Positions 35,601 through 45,986 are shown, counted from the stretch's first letter. The stretch: DNA of 64,000 nucleotides from Vulcanimicrobiota bacterium (GCA_050250895.1 JBFWNU010000001.1:2406210-2470209); one strand, 5' to 3'. A program made the numbers and translations. Notes: a model not told the origin generated them from the sequence alone.

Positions 35601-36848
35601 CTACTTCGCAATCCCCTCGGTCAGATTCTCGGGTTCTGCGGCCGTGATGAGCAGGTTATCTTCAATACGAACCCCGCCGACCTCGAGCCAGCGATCCACC
35701 TCTTCCCAGTTCATCTCTTGAGCGAAGGTCTGCCGATGGTCGCTGCTTTGCAGGAGCGGTTTGATAAAGTAGAGGCCGGGCTCGATGGTGACCACGTAGC
35801 CGACCTCGAGAGGCAGGTTCAGGCGCAGCTGCGTGCCCCCGGGAGTAGCAAAGGCCTTTCGGCCGGGCAACCAGCCGCCAGCGTCGCGCACCCCCATTCC
35901 CACCATGTGCCCCAACCCGTGAGGAAAGAACAGGTCGATCCCTCCCATTTCGACCATCTGCTGAGCCGAGCCTCGCCACAGGTCTAGCTCGACCAGACCG
36001 GCGGCTAGACGGTGGGCCGTCTGCAAGTGCAGGTCCGAGAACTCGCGTCCGGGGCGGCACTCGGCCAGGGCTGCTTTCTGGGCCTCGAGCACCAGTTGAT
36101 AGAGGGCCTGGCGCCGGCCTTCAGACGGGCCGAGCAGGTGGGTGCGGGTGACATCGCTGGCGTAGCCCTCGACTTCGGCCCCGGCGTCGACCAGCACGAA
36201 CTCTCCGGGTTTCACCGGGGTGGCGCCGGGATGGCCGTGCAAGATGGCCGAGCGGGCTCCGGCCAGCACGATGGTGTGATAGGCCACGTCGTCGCCACCG
36301 GCCCGAAAGAACTCGGCCTCCAACTCGATCTGCAGGGCTCGCTCGCTGACGCCCGGGGCCAGACATTCGACCAGGCGAGCGTGGCCGGCGGCGGTGGCCC
36401 GGGCGGCCCGCCGCATCCGCTCCAACTGGGTTGGGTCTTTGGGGCGCCGGGCGTGCAAAAGAGCCAGTTCGAGGCGTTGACTGAGCTCGCGGTCGCACTC
36501 GCCCGAGGCCACTCCCAGGCGGGCCAGCGGACGGTGGCTGCGCTGCTTTAACCACTGGGCCAGGTCGTCGAGGTCAGGATAGGAGTGGGGCACCTGGCCC
36601 GTCCAGTATTGCTCGGCCACGGTCACCCGCGGCAGAAAGTGCTTCCAACCCTCGTTGGGGTCAAAGGCCAGCACGCCGCCCGGCCGGCGGTCCTCGGTGA
36701 GAAAGTAGTAGTCGGGGTGGGGCCGATAGCGGTAGACCTGATCCATCCCTCCGGGGATGCCGATGGGTCTGCCGGCTTCGACCAGCACGAGCTCGTCGTC
36801 TAGAGCCCAGGCCCGGGCCACACGCTCTCGGCGTCGACGGATTTCCAT
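35601..36848 (-). CDS. Xaa-Pro aminopeptidase / M24B family peptidase
   Basis: M24 motifs HGLGHMVGMGVRD, VVTIEPGLYF, GGVRIEDNLLIT. Start taken at MEIRRRRERV; upstream in-frame Met codons exist. Confidence 0.75.
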   Translation of the reverse strand: MEIRRRRERVARAWALDDELVLVEAGRPIGIPGGMDQVYRYRPHPDYYFLTEDRRPGGVLAFDPNEGWKHFLPRVTVAEQYWTGQVPHSYPDLDDLAQWLKQRSHRPLARLGVASGECDRELSQRLELALLHARRPKDPTQLERMRRAARATAAGHARLVECLAPGVSERALQIELEAEFFRAGGDDVAYHTIVLAGARSAILHGHPGATPVKPGEFVLVDAGAEVEGYASDVTRTHLLGPSEGRRQALYQLVLEAQKAALAECRPGREFSDLHLQTAHRLAAGLVELDLWRGSAQQMVEMGGIDLFFPHGLGHMVGMGVRDAGGWLPGRKAFATPGGTQLRLNLPLEVGYVVTIEPGLYFIKPLLQSSDHRQTFAQEMNWEEVDRWLEVGGVRIEDNLLITAAEPENLTEGIAK

Positions 36849-37231
36849 AGCCGGAGCTTCGACCCCGTACAAAAAAATACTGGGGCCCGCGAAAGCGGAC
36901 CCCAGGTGGTCACCGTTGGAGCTGACCCAAATCCACGCCAGCAGGTCTGGGTCAGACAGAACCGCCATATCTGGTTTGCAGGAGGCAGATGTTTGGCGGT
37001 CCCTGAAGCCATGCATAGAATAACCCTCGGCGATTACCTGAAGCGGTCGTCGCCGAGGGCCGTTTATTACCGATATGTTGCGCCGGTGTGAATGATTTGT
37101 GGCCCGGCGGAGCCGGTCCGGGTTGGGTCGGACCGTGCCTTTATTTTTGATGAGCAACCTCAGTATAGACGCCAAACTCTGGCCCACGGTTGGCCGGCCG
37201 GCTCAACTATGAACTTTTGGTTGCAGCCAGG

Positions 37232-37606
37232 TTAAGGATAGACGGCCATGACCACGGCGGTGGTCACCAACAGCTCGGCCAGCAACGCGCCAAAGGCCAC
37301 CCCCGCCGCCTTCCACAGCGATTCGAGTTCGCCATCGGCGGCTTTGTGTTGCTCGAGGGTCTGGCCCTGGGCTTTGCGGGCGAAGGCCCGGGCCACCAAT
37401 ACGGTGACCAGCAGAAAGGCGTAACCCGAGGCCTGGGGAGGCAACTGAGTCGACAGCGCGATGATGGCGATGGTGCCCACCAGCCCCACCATCAGGCATT
37501 GCTTGGCCTGGGCCGGCCGACCCAGACGGCGGGCGTTGGTGGCCAACAGCAGACCGGTCGCCAACAGGCTGCCGATGATGCTGACCGCACCGGCTTGATG
37601 CACTGA
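37232..37606 (-). CDS. small hypothetical membrane protein
   Basis: GTG start. Three predicted TM helices (AGAVSIIGSLLATGLLLA; MVGLVGTIAIIALS; AFGALLAELLVTTAVVMAV). Confidence 0.3.
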   Translation of the reverse strand, partial: SVHQAGAVSIIGSLLATGLLLATNARRLGRPAQAKQCLMVGLVGTIAIIALSTQLPPQASGYAFLLVTVLVARAFARKAQGQTLEQHKAADGELESLWKAAGVAFGALLAELLVTTAVVMAVYP

Positions 37607-37655
37607 ATAGAGCTTATAAGTGGGCTTGTCCACGCCGGGCCTTTCTGCAAGCAGT

Positions 37656-38330
37656 CTAGTCGAGCCTGCGAGCGGGAATACCAACCCAGGTCTCGCCAGG
37701 GCCGATGCGGGTGCCTTTGAGCACCACGGCGCTGGCGCCAACGACCGCCCCGTCGCCGATTTCGACGTCGGGCATGATAATGGCCCGCTGGCCGATGAGG
37801 CACTTCTTGCCAATCTTGATGGGGGCCAGCAGCACCTGGCCTTTCTCGGCCACGTGGCAAGAGATGGCCGCCTCGCCCCCAATGACGGCGCCGTCGCCGA
37901 CCTCGAGCAGCGACAGGTCGTGAATGTACTTGGAGTTGATCATCACTCCCTCGCCCAGCTTGCCGCCCAGCAGGCGGAAATAGGTGATCAGGGCGGGACT
38001 CAACATGAGGAAGTCCATGAAGGTCACCTTGACCAGCAAATGCAGCGACGAGGCCAGCACCCAGCGCAGGCACTCGCGCGAGAAGAAATCGTGGCGCCCG
38101 GGTACCAGATCGAGCCCCAGCCCTCGGTGCAGTGCGGCCGTCACCACCAGCAGGCTGAATCCGTAGAGAAAGTAGCCGACTCCCAGGGCCAGGGCGGCGG
38201 CTAGCAGCGAGTGTCGATAGGCTAGCTGGGCCAACCACAAGCCCGGAGCCAGGCACACCCCGACGATGGCCCCGCCCAGGAGATAGAGCACCACTGCGAA
38301 GGTTAGTTGGATAAGTTGATCGCGTCGCAT
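37656..38330 (-). CDS. membrane-anchored hexapeptide-repeat (LbH) acyl/acetyltransferase
   Basis: N-terminal TM helices. C-terminal hexapeptide repeats (VGDGAVIGGEAAISCHV...IGQRAIIMPDVEIGDGAVVGASAVV). Confidence 0.65.
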   Translation of the reverse strand: MRRDQLIQLTFAVVLYLLGGAIVGVCLAPGLWLAQLAYRHSLLAAALALGVGYFLYGFSLLVVTAALHRGLGLDLVPGRHDFFSRECLRWVLASSLHLLVKVTFMDFLMLSPALITYFRLLGGKLGEGVMINSKYIHDLSLLEVGDGAVIGGEAAISCHVAEKGQVLLAPIKIGKKCLIGQRAIIMPDVEIGDGAVVGASAVVLKGTRIGPGETWVGIPARRLD

Positions 38331-38477
38331 CCGCGCTGATTATGCGAGGGCCGGCCAACCCCTGCGAAAAAAAATAGCCACCCCGAACTCCACGCCAATG
38401 GCTCGGGCTGGCTGTGAGTGCCTAACAAAGGCTGCAGGAGGAGGCACTCGACTCTTCTGTGATCCGATGAGTTCAGT

Positions 38478-38822
38478 CTATCTCAGCCAACCAACCTGAC
38501 TCTGACTTGGAGCGCTCAGATGTAAACAGGTTGTGACCGAAACCTTAAAATTCCAGGGCCGCGCACACCTCGAGCCAACGCTCGCCGAGCCCGCCAGGAT
38601 GAACTTCTCCATTTCGTCTTCTGGCAGAACGGTAAGAACATCCAGGTCGCGGGTCGACCGGCTTCGGCCCGCCAGGGCGACGGCCACTCCGCCGCAAATC
38701 GCGTAGCTCACGCCCGCGCGGTCAAGGGCTGCAGTGGCCTTCTCGGCCAACTCGCCTAGCAGGTCACCGAGCACGGGCGTAAATGGTGGCGGCCCGACGG
38801 TGAGCCTCCAAGCGCTCGGCAT
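38478..38822 (-). CDS. truncated AbiEii-like nucleotidyltransferase fragment (possible remnant)
   Basis: YAICGGVAVALAGRSRSTRDLDVL matches the NTase N-terminal motif, but the ORF is only 114 aa. The overlapping 68-aa ORF 38764..38970 could be a partner. Confidence 0.3.
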   Translation of the reverse strand: MPSAWRLTVGPPPFTPVLGDLLGELAEKATAALDRAGVSYAICGGVAVALAGRSRSTRDLDVLTVLPEDEMEKFILAGSASVGSRCARPWNFKVSVTTCLHLSAPSQSQVGWLR

Positions 38823-39048
38823 CTTCGCGCTTCCAGATTTCGCCCAGGCGAGCGAGTGCCTCTTCTCGAGAGACCCCGAGCGACTCCTGGACCTCGAGAT
38901 AGCCGTTAAATAGTGCGTTGTTCCAGGCTATCCAGGCCTCCCAGCGCGCTTGTATCGTGGCCTCGTCCATAGTGGAGACTTCGACCCGGTCGAGGGTTGA
39001 GCCTTCGACAAAGGATTCACCCCGACCGGAACGAAATTTCGGCCCACG

Positions 39049-39957
39049 ATGGGCGGAATTTTGGGCTGGGCCCTGCCTCTGGCGTGCACGGTGTTGTCCT
39101 ACGGCCTGGCGGGGGGGTTCTGGAAGTTAGCGGACCTTTCCACCGGGCAGTTTTGTCTGCTCTTCGTGCTGGCCAAAGTCGTCCTCAACACCGGCTACTG
39201 GATCGGCCTGGGTCGCCCCAGAGTCGAGTGGAACGCCTTTCTGCGCTACACCTTGTTGGGCCAGGTCATCAACGGCTTCGCCTGGGCCGGCTACTTCAGC
39301 GCCCTGGCCACCGGTCCGGCTGCCATCGTGCAGACCGTGACCGCTGCCTATACGGCGCTGGCGGCCGTGTTGGCCGTCATCTTTCTCAAGGAGCGACTGG
39401 TGGCCATTCAGGTGGTAGGAGTGGCCATGGTGGTGGGCGCCGGGATGTTGCTGGGCTATGGCGGGGGGAGCGATGGGGCGGCCGGACAGGCCGGTTGGTT
39501 CGCCTATTCGCTGGTCACCCTGCTGTGCTGGGGCATGGCGGTGGTGGTGTTCAAGCACGCCTACAATCAAGAGGGGGCCAACGACGCCGTCTTTTCCCTG
39601 GGCAACCTGATGGGAATGGCCGTAACCCTCTTGCCCTTCGGCTTTTTCACCACCTCGGGCACAGAGCGCTGGGCGGCCGGCCTGGTGCCCCTGGCCTGGC
39701 TGGTGGTGATCCTTTACGCGGTGGGCGACCTGACCCTATTCGCGGCCATCAACCGGGGGCCGGCCACCATCGTCAGTCCGCTGTCGGGGCTCTATCCCAT
39801 TCCCACCATCGCCTATTCGGCCCTGGTGCTGCACGAAGCCGTGCTCGGTTCGCAATGGGTGGCCATCGCCATGGTGCTGGTGGCCATCGTGCTGGTGGTT
39901 CCGGCCGAAGATAATCCCGTTATGAAGCTGGTGCGACCAGCCAGATCACAAGAGTAG
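39049..39957 (+). CDS. EamA/DMT-family transporter
   Basis: About ten TM helices in two EamA-like halves; 302 aa. Confidence 0.7.
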   Translation: MGGILGWALPLACTVLSYGLAGGFWKLADLSTGQFCLLFVLAKVVLNTGYWIGLGRPRVEWNAFLRYTLLGQVINGFAWAGYFSALATGPAAIVQTVTAAYTALAAVLAVIFLKERLVAIQVVGVAMVVGAGMLLGYGGGSDGAAGQAGWFAYSLVTLLCWGMAVVVFKHAYNQEGANDAVFSLGNLMGMAVTLLPFGFFTTSGTERWAAGLVPLAWLVVILYAVGDLTLFAAINRGPATIVSPLSGLYPIPTIAYSALVLHEAVLGSQWVAIAMVLVAIVLVVPAEDNPVMKLVRPARSQE

Positions 39958-39971
39958 GAAGGCAAGCAAAG

Positions 39972-41114
39972 TTGAAGATCTTAGTGTTGGGTGGCTGCGG
40001 CGCCATGGGCACCGAGGCCACGCGGGACCTGGCCAGAACCAGTGATTTCGAAGAGGTGGCCGTGGCCGATGTCGACCTGGCCAAGGCCGGCAATTTATGC
40101 GAGGAACTCGGCGGCCGGACCCGGCCGCTCAAAGTCGACGTGACCGACAAGGCCGCCCTGGTCGAACTGTTCGGTGGCTATCAGGTGGTGCTCAACTGCA
40201 CCAGTTATGCCTTCGGCCTGACCATCACCGAGGCGGCCATCGAAGCCCGTCGTTCGCTGCTCGACCTGGGCGGGCTCTACAACACTCCGAAGCAACTGGC
40301 CATGACCGACCAGGCCAAAGAGGCCGGGGTGACCGTCGTGCTCGGCATGGGCGCAACGCCCGGAGTCACCAACCTGATGGCGAAAGCGGGCTCGACCCAC
40401 ATGGACCAGGTTGACGAGGTGCATGTGCATTTTGCCACCTATCGCCCCATCGCGCCCTCGCCGGGTCTATTGATGACCGTGCTCGACGAGTTCAGCCCCG
40501 AAACCACGCGCTTTTACTACGAGCAGGGCGAGTTCGTCAAAGTCCCGCCCTTCGCCGGCGAGAAAGAGGTTCAGTTCGAAGAGCCGGTGGGCCGGGTCAA
40601 GACCTGGTTCGTGCCGCATTCAGAGACCCATACCATGCCGCGCTTTTTCCCCGGTCTGCGCCGGGTCGACGTGCGCGGTACCTGGTGTCCCGAGATTATG
40701 CACGCTCTGCGCCACTATGGCGAGGTGGGATTGCTCTCGACCACGCCCGGCCCCTCGGGCATCTCGCCGCGCGAGAGTCTGCGTGATGTGTTCTTGAACC
40801 GTGGCGACTGGCCCGAGCTACCCGAATGGGCCTTTCTGGTCAATGTCGAGGTGGAAGGTCGGCGCGGAGAGTACCGGGTCAAGGCTACTTATAACCTGTC
40901 GCACGCGCCGGTGGCCGACTGGGGCTATTCGGCGACCGGCCGGGTGACCGGCATTCCCGCCTCGATCGGCGCCCAGCGGCTAGCTCGCGGTGAGGTCTCG
41001 GGTCACGGCGTGCTCGGCCCCGAGGCGGCCTTCGAGCCCTGGCCGTTCTTCGCCGATCTGGCCGAGCGCCAGATGTGGGTCAAGGAAGAAGTGCACCTCA
41101 CCCGCCGCGTCTAG
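39972..41114 (+). CDS. saccharopine dehydrogenase NADP-binding domain family oxidoreductase
   Basis: N-terminal Rossmann MKILVLGGCGAMG; 380 aa. Overall layout typical of Sacchrp_dh_NADP proteins. Confidence 0.7.
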   Translation: MKILVLGGCGAMGTEATRDLARTSDFEEVAVADVDLAKAGNLCEELGGRTRPLKVDVTDKAALVELFGGYQVVLNCTSYAFGLTITEAAIEARRSLLDLGGLYNTPKQLAMTDQAKEAGVTVVLGMGATPGVTNLMAKAGSTHMDQVDEVHVHFATYRPIAPSPGLLMTVLDEFSPETTRFYYEQGEFVKVPPFAGEKEVQFEEPVGRVKTWFVPHSETHTMPRFFPGLRRVDVRGTWCPEIMHALRHYGEVGLLSTTPGPSGISPRESLRDVFLNRGDWPELPEWAFLVNVEVEGRRGEYRVKATYNLSHAPVADWGYSATGRVTGIPASIGAQRLARGEVSGHGVLGPEAAFEPWPFFADLAERQMWVKEEVHLTRRV

Positions 41115-41126
41115 GCCAGAAATGGC

Positions 41127-41155
41127 GAAAGCCCTTCTTTTGGAAGGGCTTTCTT

Positions 41156-41157
<2 letters not shown>
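41127..41157. terminator. bidirectional rho-independent terminator hairpin between the saccharopine-DH gene (+) and tRNA-fMet (-)
   Basis: gaaagcccttc-tttt-ggaagggctttc is a perfect 11-bp stem, T-rich on both flanks. Confidence 0.6.
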
Positions 41158-41232
<75 letters not shown>

Positions 41233-41246
41233 TCGATTCGGCCTTC

Positions 41247-41275
41247 ATAATAGCAAGCACCTGTTAGGCTGTCAA
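41247..41275 (-). promoter_or_regulatory. sigma70-type promoter for tRNA-fMet: -35 TTGACA, 17-bp spacer, -10 TATTAT, A/T tract upstream
   Basis: Minus strand reads atttttt-ggggg-TTGACA-gcctaacaggtgcttgc-TATTAT-gaaggccgaatcgacg-[tRNA 5' end]. Confidence 0.6.
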
Positions 41276-41599
41276 CCCCCCAAAAAATGGCGGGCTGCGG
41301 CCGGGCCCCTCCCGGCCCACTTCCGCACGGAAAACCGGCGGGTCGCTTGCTCGCTTTCCCCGGCGGCTGTGCGCCGCACAGCGCGGTTTTCCTGGTGTGC
41401 GGCGCACAACACGCCGCCCTCGCGCGCCAGGCAGGCCGCCGCGAGCGAGTGGTGCGCCCACCAGTCGGAGTCCAGGGGGTGGGTCGTTCGGTTGGTGTTG
41501 CTGAAACGATTGACCCTTGTGGTTCGGCTCCGACTGGCGGCCACCGCCCCAGCATAGGCCGAAAGTGTATCGTTTCTTAGGGCAAAATGTGTAGGAAAT

Positions 41600-42442
41600 T
41601 TATCCAGAGTCGCGCTTGTCGCCGCGAAGGTTGGCGCTGTGGGCGTCGAGGGTGGCCTTCTCCTCCGGCGAGAGGGCGGCCAGACCCTGTTTTGCGATCT
41701 TGTCGAGGATGGCGTCGATGCGACTCTCGCTGGTGCTGGTCTCGGCCGAGCGGGCGGCGAAGGTCGGGGGATCTTTCTTGCCCCCTTCGATGGCTCGCAG
41801 ACGGCGCTTGCGACGGGCCCGGTCGAGCCGTTGGAGAGTGCCCGGGCCCTGGCTGCGGCCGCGGCCCTGAGGCTGGGTGACGTAGTACCAACCGGCCAGC
41901 GGACAGATGATGGCGAACAGGCCCAGCGCCGGACCGTAATAGGCCCAGGTGCCGATCAAGCCCAGATAGCCGAGAAAACGGGCTTCCAGGGGAATCACGA
42001 AGAACAGCAGCACGGTTGCCCTGGGGTTCATCATGGCCCACATGGTGAACATGCCGGTGAGAACGAGGGGGATGCCCACCAGCGCAGCCCCGGTGTGCTC
42101 GAGCAGATACGAGCCGAGCGTAAGGCAGAGCCCCTGGCCCACCGTCATGCTGAGCAGAGCCGCGCCGAGCTTGCCGCTGCCCCAGGTTCTTTCCAGCGAA
42201 CTCAGCACCCAGCCCAGTACGAAACAGGTCAGCAAGAGACCAACGATCGGGCCCCCGTTGACCAGCGGATAGGTGAAGAGCGCCCATGGCTCTTTCAGGG
42301 CGTCGCTGGTGATCATCCATCCCACCAACTGTGGCTGGCCAAAGAAGAGAGCCAGGAATGTGACGATCTGAGCCACGATCAGCCCGGTCGTGACCGGAGC
42401 CTGAGCCGCGAATCGACGGATTTGGACGCCGAGATCATCCAT
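41600..42442 (-). CDS. polytopic membrane protein, rhomboid-like fold without an evident catalytic GxSG
   Basis: Six predicted TM helices. EPWALFTYPL...LERTWGSGKL resembles rhomboid L1/TM2 signatures, but the Ser motif region reads GIPLVLTG. Confidence 0.4.
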   Translation of the reverse strand: MDDLGVQIRRFAAQAPVTTGLIVAQIVTFLALFFGQPQLVGWMITSDALKEPWALFTYPLVNGGPIVGLLLTCFVLGWVLSSLERTWGSGKLGAALLSMTVGQGLCLTLGSYLLEHTGAALVGIPLVLTGMFTMWAMMNPRATVLLFFVIPLEARFLGYLGLIGTWAYYGPALGLFAIICPLAGWYYVTQPQGRGRSQGPGTLQRLDRARRKRRLRAIEGGKKDPPTFAARSAETSTSESRIDAILDKIAKQGLAALSPEEKATLDAHSANLRGDKRDSG

Positions 42443-42669
42443 ATATGCTTTGTTCTCACTTGAGCCGCCGGTCTCCTAGCTGAGATCTTTGACCGGATCA
42501 GGTTTGGCCGCTCAGGGCGCTGGGTAGTATCTGTGGCGAACGCGCTGGAAACGGGTCGCTCCCGCTCTTGCTGTCGGCTCCTCCAACGGGACCGACCGTC
42601 GAGCGAAAGCCCCTAGCTACGAGGGAACCAAGACACTCGTCGGCGGACCCCAGCGCGTTCTCGATTTTT

Positions 42670-43116
42670 ATGCGAGTTCTCTGGTTGTGCTTGTGTCTGA
42701 CCGCCCTGGGCTGGCCCGCTCCGATGGAGGGGCAGGCTTTGCGGTTGTCGCCCGGTCAGGATCTCAAGGCCGAGCTGGTAGGCTACATCCAGCAGCATCA
42801 CCTCCAGGCCGGCGCCATCGTGACCTGCGTGGGTTCGCTCGAGCGGGTGGTGTTGAGGCTGGCGGACCAGGCCGAAGGCACTACTTTCGAGGGCAAGTTC
42901 GAAATCGTCTCGCTGGTGGGCACCCTTTCCCCCGATGGGGTCCACCTCCACCTGGCCGTCAGCGATTCGCAAGGACACACCATCGGGGGTCACTTGATGG
43001 AAGGCTGCCACGTCTACACTACCGCCGAGATCGTGCTGGTCGAACTCAAAGACACCCAGTTTCGTCGAACTCTCGACCCCAGCACCGGTTATCCTGAGCT
43101 CGAGGTGGGCCCTTAG
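42670..43116 (+). CDS. secreted PPC-domain (DUF296) protein
   Basis: Signal peptide MRVLWLCLCLTALGWPAP. PPC/DUF296 pattern LRLSPGQDL...AGAIVTCVGSL...G.FEIVSLVGTL......HLHLAVSD.QG...GGHL..GC.V.TTAEIVLVEL. Confidence 0.55.
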   Translation: MRVLWLCLCLTALGWPAPMEGQALRLSPGQDLKAELVGYIQQHHLQAGAIVTCVGSLERVVLRLADQAEGTTFEGKFEIVSLVGTLSPDGVHLHLAVSDSQGHTIGGHLMEGCHVYTTAEIVLVELKDTQFRRTLDPSTGYPELEVGP

Positions 43117-43763
43117 TCCTCTGGCCTGGTTCCCGGCGGGTAGATGTGGATGGCCATGACCTCGTCGAGGGCCGTGTCTACCAGAAAACTGATCCCGCGC
43201 TGGCTGTAGTCTAGAAAGAAGCGTTCGGGCGGAACATGCGGCTCGTAAGCTTTGTCGACCTCGCGCACATCCTCCCGCTCGTTCCAGGGGACCGCTCGGC
43301 GAACCGAGCCTTCGCCCCAGGCCTGGATGACGCCCGAGGCCTTCGAGCCCACCTTGAAACCCTCGGGGGTGACCAGGCTATCGTCTTCCACCCCGACCCG
43401 CACGATGCGACCGCTCTCGACCAGCATCCAGAGACGGTGCTCGGGATACTCCCACCAGCGAAAGTCGGCTCCCTGGCGGGCCGGGCGCTGGCGGGCCGCA
43501 CCCCAGAAAGAGGTCACGGTCGAGGCTGGCGCTCCCAGGGCGGCCGGACCCATGCGGGCGCCGGGCAACAGCAGGGGGTCATCGGCTCCCTCGACGGTTT
43601 GTTTCACGGGCGGCCGTGGCGAGGGGGTGATTGGCGCAGCCGGGGTCTCGACCACCACCGGCGATTGCAGTGGTAGGGGCACGGGTTCGATTTCGACCAC
43701 CGGACCGTCGGGCTGGGTGCAGCCCAGCATCGCCAGCAACAAAAGGGGAGCTAACTTTGACAT
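43113..43763 (-). CDS. hypothetical lipoprotein
   Basis: Internal Met MSKLAPLLLLAMLGCTQP (lipobox LAMLGC); Pro-rich linker then a globular domain. The long upstream extension of the ORF is GC artefact. Confidence 0.5.
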   Translation of the reverse strand: MSKLAPLLLLAMLGCTQPDGPVVEIEPVPLPLQSPVVVETPAAPITPSPRPPVKQTVEGADDPLLLPGARMGPAALGAPASTVTSFWGAARQRPARQGADFRWWEYPEHRLWMLVESGRIVRVGVEDDSLVTPEGFKVGSKASGVIQAWGEGSVRRAVPWNEREDVREVDKAYEPHVPPERFFLDYSQRGISFLVDTALDEVMAIHIYPPGTRPED

Positions 43764-44626
43764 TGGGGGCACCAGGTGGTGGTGCGCTGAGCCACTACCG
43801 CCCGCTGCAGCGGTTGGCCGCAGCCGGGGCAGGCCTGGCCGTAGCGGCCGTAGACCAGCAGGCTTTCCTGGTTGTAGCCGGCTTCGCCCGACCCGTCCAC
43901 GAAGTCGCGCAGGGTGGTGCCACCGTTTTCGATCCCCGCCTCGAGCACGGCCCGCACCGCCTCGTGCAGACTGTCGGCGGCCCGGCCCGACAACCGGTAG
44001 GCGCCGCGACGGGGCCGAATGCCGGCCCGAAAGAGCGCTTCGTCGGCGTAGATGTTGCCCACTCCGGCCACCAGGCCCTGATCGAGCAACGCGGCTTTGA
44101 TGGGGCGCCGGGTGGCCTTGAGGCGAGCCCGGAAATAGTCGGGAGTAAAGGCCTCGGTCAACGGGTCCGGACCCAACCGCTTCACCTCGGGGCTCTTGCC
44201 CACCAGATGACGCGGGTAGAGGCGCCATTTGCCGAATTTGCGGATGTCACGGTAGTGCAGGGCCGTGCCGTCGCCAAACTCGATGCTGACATGGGTGTGT
44301 TTGTCGACCGGGTGCTGCAGGGCGCGCTGCAAGCCCGTGTGGTTCTGGCGCACGAACGGCGTGTCTCGACGCTCGGGATCGCGAAAGGTCAACTGTCCGG
44401 TCATGCCCAGGTGGACCAGCAAAGTGTCGCGCTCGAGATGCAGAATCAACAGTTTGCCGATGCGCTCGAGGCGAGTAAACTGCTGGCCCTTGAGGCGCGA
44501 ATAGCCAGCGGGCTCGGGATACTTGATGACCAGAGAGTCGCGGATCACGACCTCTTCGATAGGTCGACCGGGAAGATGGGGCTCGAGGCTGCGTCGAACC
44601 GTCTCGACTTCAGGCAATTCAGGCAT
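43751..44626 (-). CDS. mutM: formamidopyrimidine-DNA glycosylase (Fpg/MutM)
   Basis: N-terminal MPELPEVE (catalytic Pro2, Glu3). H2TH region. C-terminal zinc finger CPGCGQPLQRAVVAQRTTTWCPQCQ. Confidence 0.85.
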   Translation of the reverse strand: MPELPEVETVRRSLEPHLPGRPIEEVVIRDSLVIKYPEPAGYSRLKGQQFTRLERIGKLLILHLERDTLLVHLGMTGQLTFRDPERRDTPFVRQNHTGLQRALQHPVDKHTHVSIEFGDGTALHYRDIRKFGKWRLYPRHLVGKSPEVKRLGPDPLTEAFTPDYFRARLKATRRPIKAALLDQGLVAGVGNIYADEALFRAGIRPRRGAYRLSGRAADSLHEAVRAVLEAGIENGGTTLRDFVDGSGEAGYNQESLLVYGRYGQACPGCGQPLQRAVVAQRTTTWCPQCQS

Positions 44627-44666
44627 GCCGGCTCTTTCCCGTCAGGGCTGCCAGCAACCTTTAGAG

Positions 44667-45986
44667 CTACAGTCCGACGGCTGGATGCTGGCGGCGCATG
44701 GCGCCGTCGCGGGCCAGCGTCAGGATCTCGCTAAAGGTCGAGGTCTCGAAGAGCGTCTGATCATACGAACTCTCGAGCGTGACCACGCCGGTGCTCTCGT
44801 CGTAAGAAAGATTCTGGCGCAGGCCGTCGGTCTTGAGTTCGAAGCTGCCGTCTTTGAGTTGATGCCACTGGTCACCCAGGGTCCCTGCCTCGAGCCCCTG
44901 GCTGGCCAGGGTTTGAATACGGGCGTCCTTGAGCGAGACGATGGCCTGCTCGCCGAACGCGTCTTTGAGGCGGGTGGCGTAGTTGTCTCCCACGGCCGGA
45001 TCGGTGGTGGGCTCGCCCATCAGCCAGGGCTCGAAGCCGATGCCGAGGTCATCCTTCTTGACCTCGAGTCCGGGCACCAGCGAGACCTTGCCACCCTGGC
45101 GGGTTTCGGTGCTGCCGTCGCTGCGGATGGTAATGTCGGTCACCCGCGAGCCTTGAAAATCGGAGGTCTCGTTGTGGTAGGTGAAGACGGGATTGGGATA
45201 GATGCCCAGCGAGATCTCGGGCTTTTCGAACTCTTCCTGGATGAGGATGTCGCCAGCAAAGCCGTGCTCGACCCGGGTGCGAGTCAGGCGGGTGGGGTTC
45301 TCTCCGCTAGCCTGCAATTGGCCGTTCCACTGCTCGACCACGAAGTCACCCGAGCGATGCAAAAGGCTATCTTTGGTGTAGAGGGTGCTGACGCTCTGAG
45401 GGGTGGTGACGGTGACGCTCGTGTCGGTTTCGACCAGGGTCTTCTGGTGCCCCTGGGCATCGCGAACGAGGATGCGCGTGGTCTGGCCCTGGTGACTGAC
45501 TTCGACGAACGAGCCGTCGGGATGAAGATCGAAGCTCGATTTGGGGGTCTCGAGGGCTTCGAGCTCGGCTCTGGTCGCTTCGAACTGGGTGGCTGCCTGC
45601 CTGGTTTGCTCGACCAGTTTGCCATAGTCCGAGCGCACCTGCCTGGCCTGAGCGTTCTCGTGCTCGGCCGGTTTGGCTTGCTGCTCCATCTGGTCGAAGC
45701 GTAAGGTCACGTCCTGGGCCACGGTGGGTTGCTCGAGGCAAACCGACGCCATGATCTGGCCGGCCATGGGAACGGCCACGGCGGCCACTCCCAATCCGAT
45801 CAAAAGAGCGGTGGCGATGCCCCTTTTACTTTCGGGGGCCTGGGCCGAAGGGGTCGGAACCGGCGCTGCGCTCGGCGCAAAGGTATCGGTGGGCATGGCC
45901 GCGGGCTTAGCCGACGGCGGGGCCGCTCCCCGGAGCGAGTTGGCTTGAGCGAGGTTGGCGCGGTTATAAGGATTGATGGTCAACAT
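44667..45986 (-). CDS. hypothetical membrane-anchored protein
   Basis: 439 aa; one N-terminal TM (IATALLIGLGVAAVAVPMAG) then a hydrophilic domain. Confidence 0.5.
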   Translation of the reverse strand: MLTINPYNRANLAQANSLRGAAPPSAKPAAMPTDTFAPSAAPVPTPSAQAPESKRGIATALLIGLGVAAVAVPMAGQIMASVCLEQPTVAQDVTLRFDQMEQQAKPAEHENAQARQVRSDYGKLVEQTRQAATQFEATRAELEALETPKSSFDLHPDGSFVEVSHQGQTTRILVRDAQGHQKTLVETDTSVTVTTPQSVSTLYTKDSLLHRSGDFVVEQWNGQLQASGENPTRLTRTRVEHGFAGDILIQEEFEKPEISLGIYPNPVFTYHNETSDFQGSRVTDITIRSDGSTETRQGGKVSLVPGLEVKKDDLGIGFEPWLMGEPTTDPAVGDNYATRLKDAFGEQAIVSLKDARIQTLASQGLEAGTLGDQWHQLKDGSFELKTDGLRQNLSYDESTGVVTLESSYDQTLFETSTFSEILTLARDGAMRRQHPAVGL

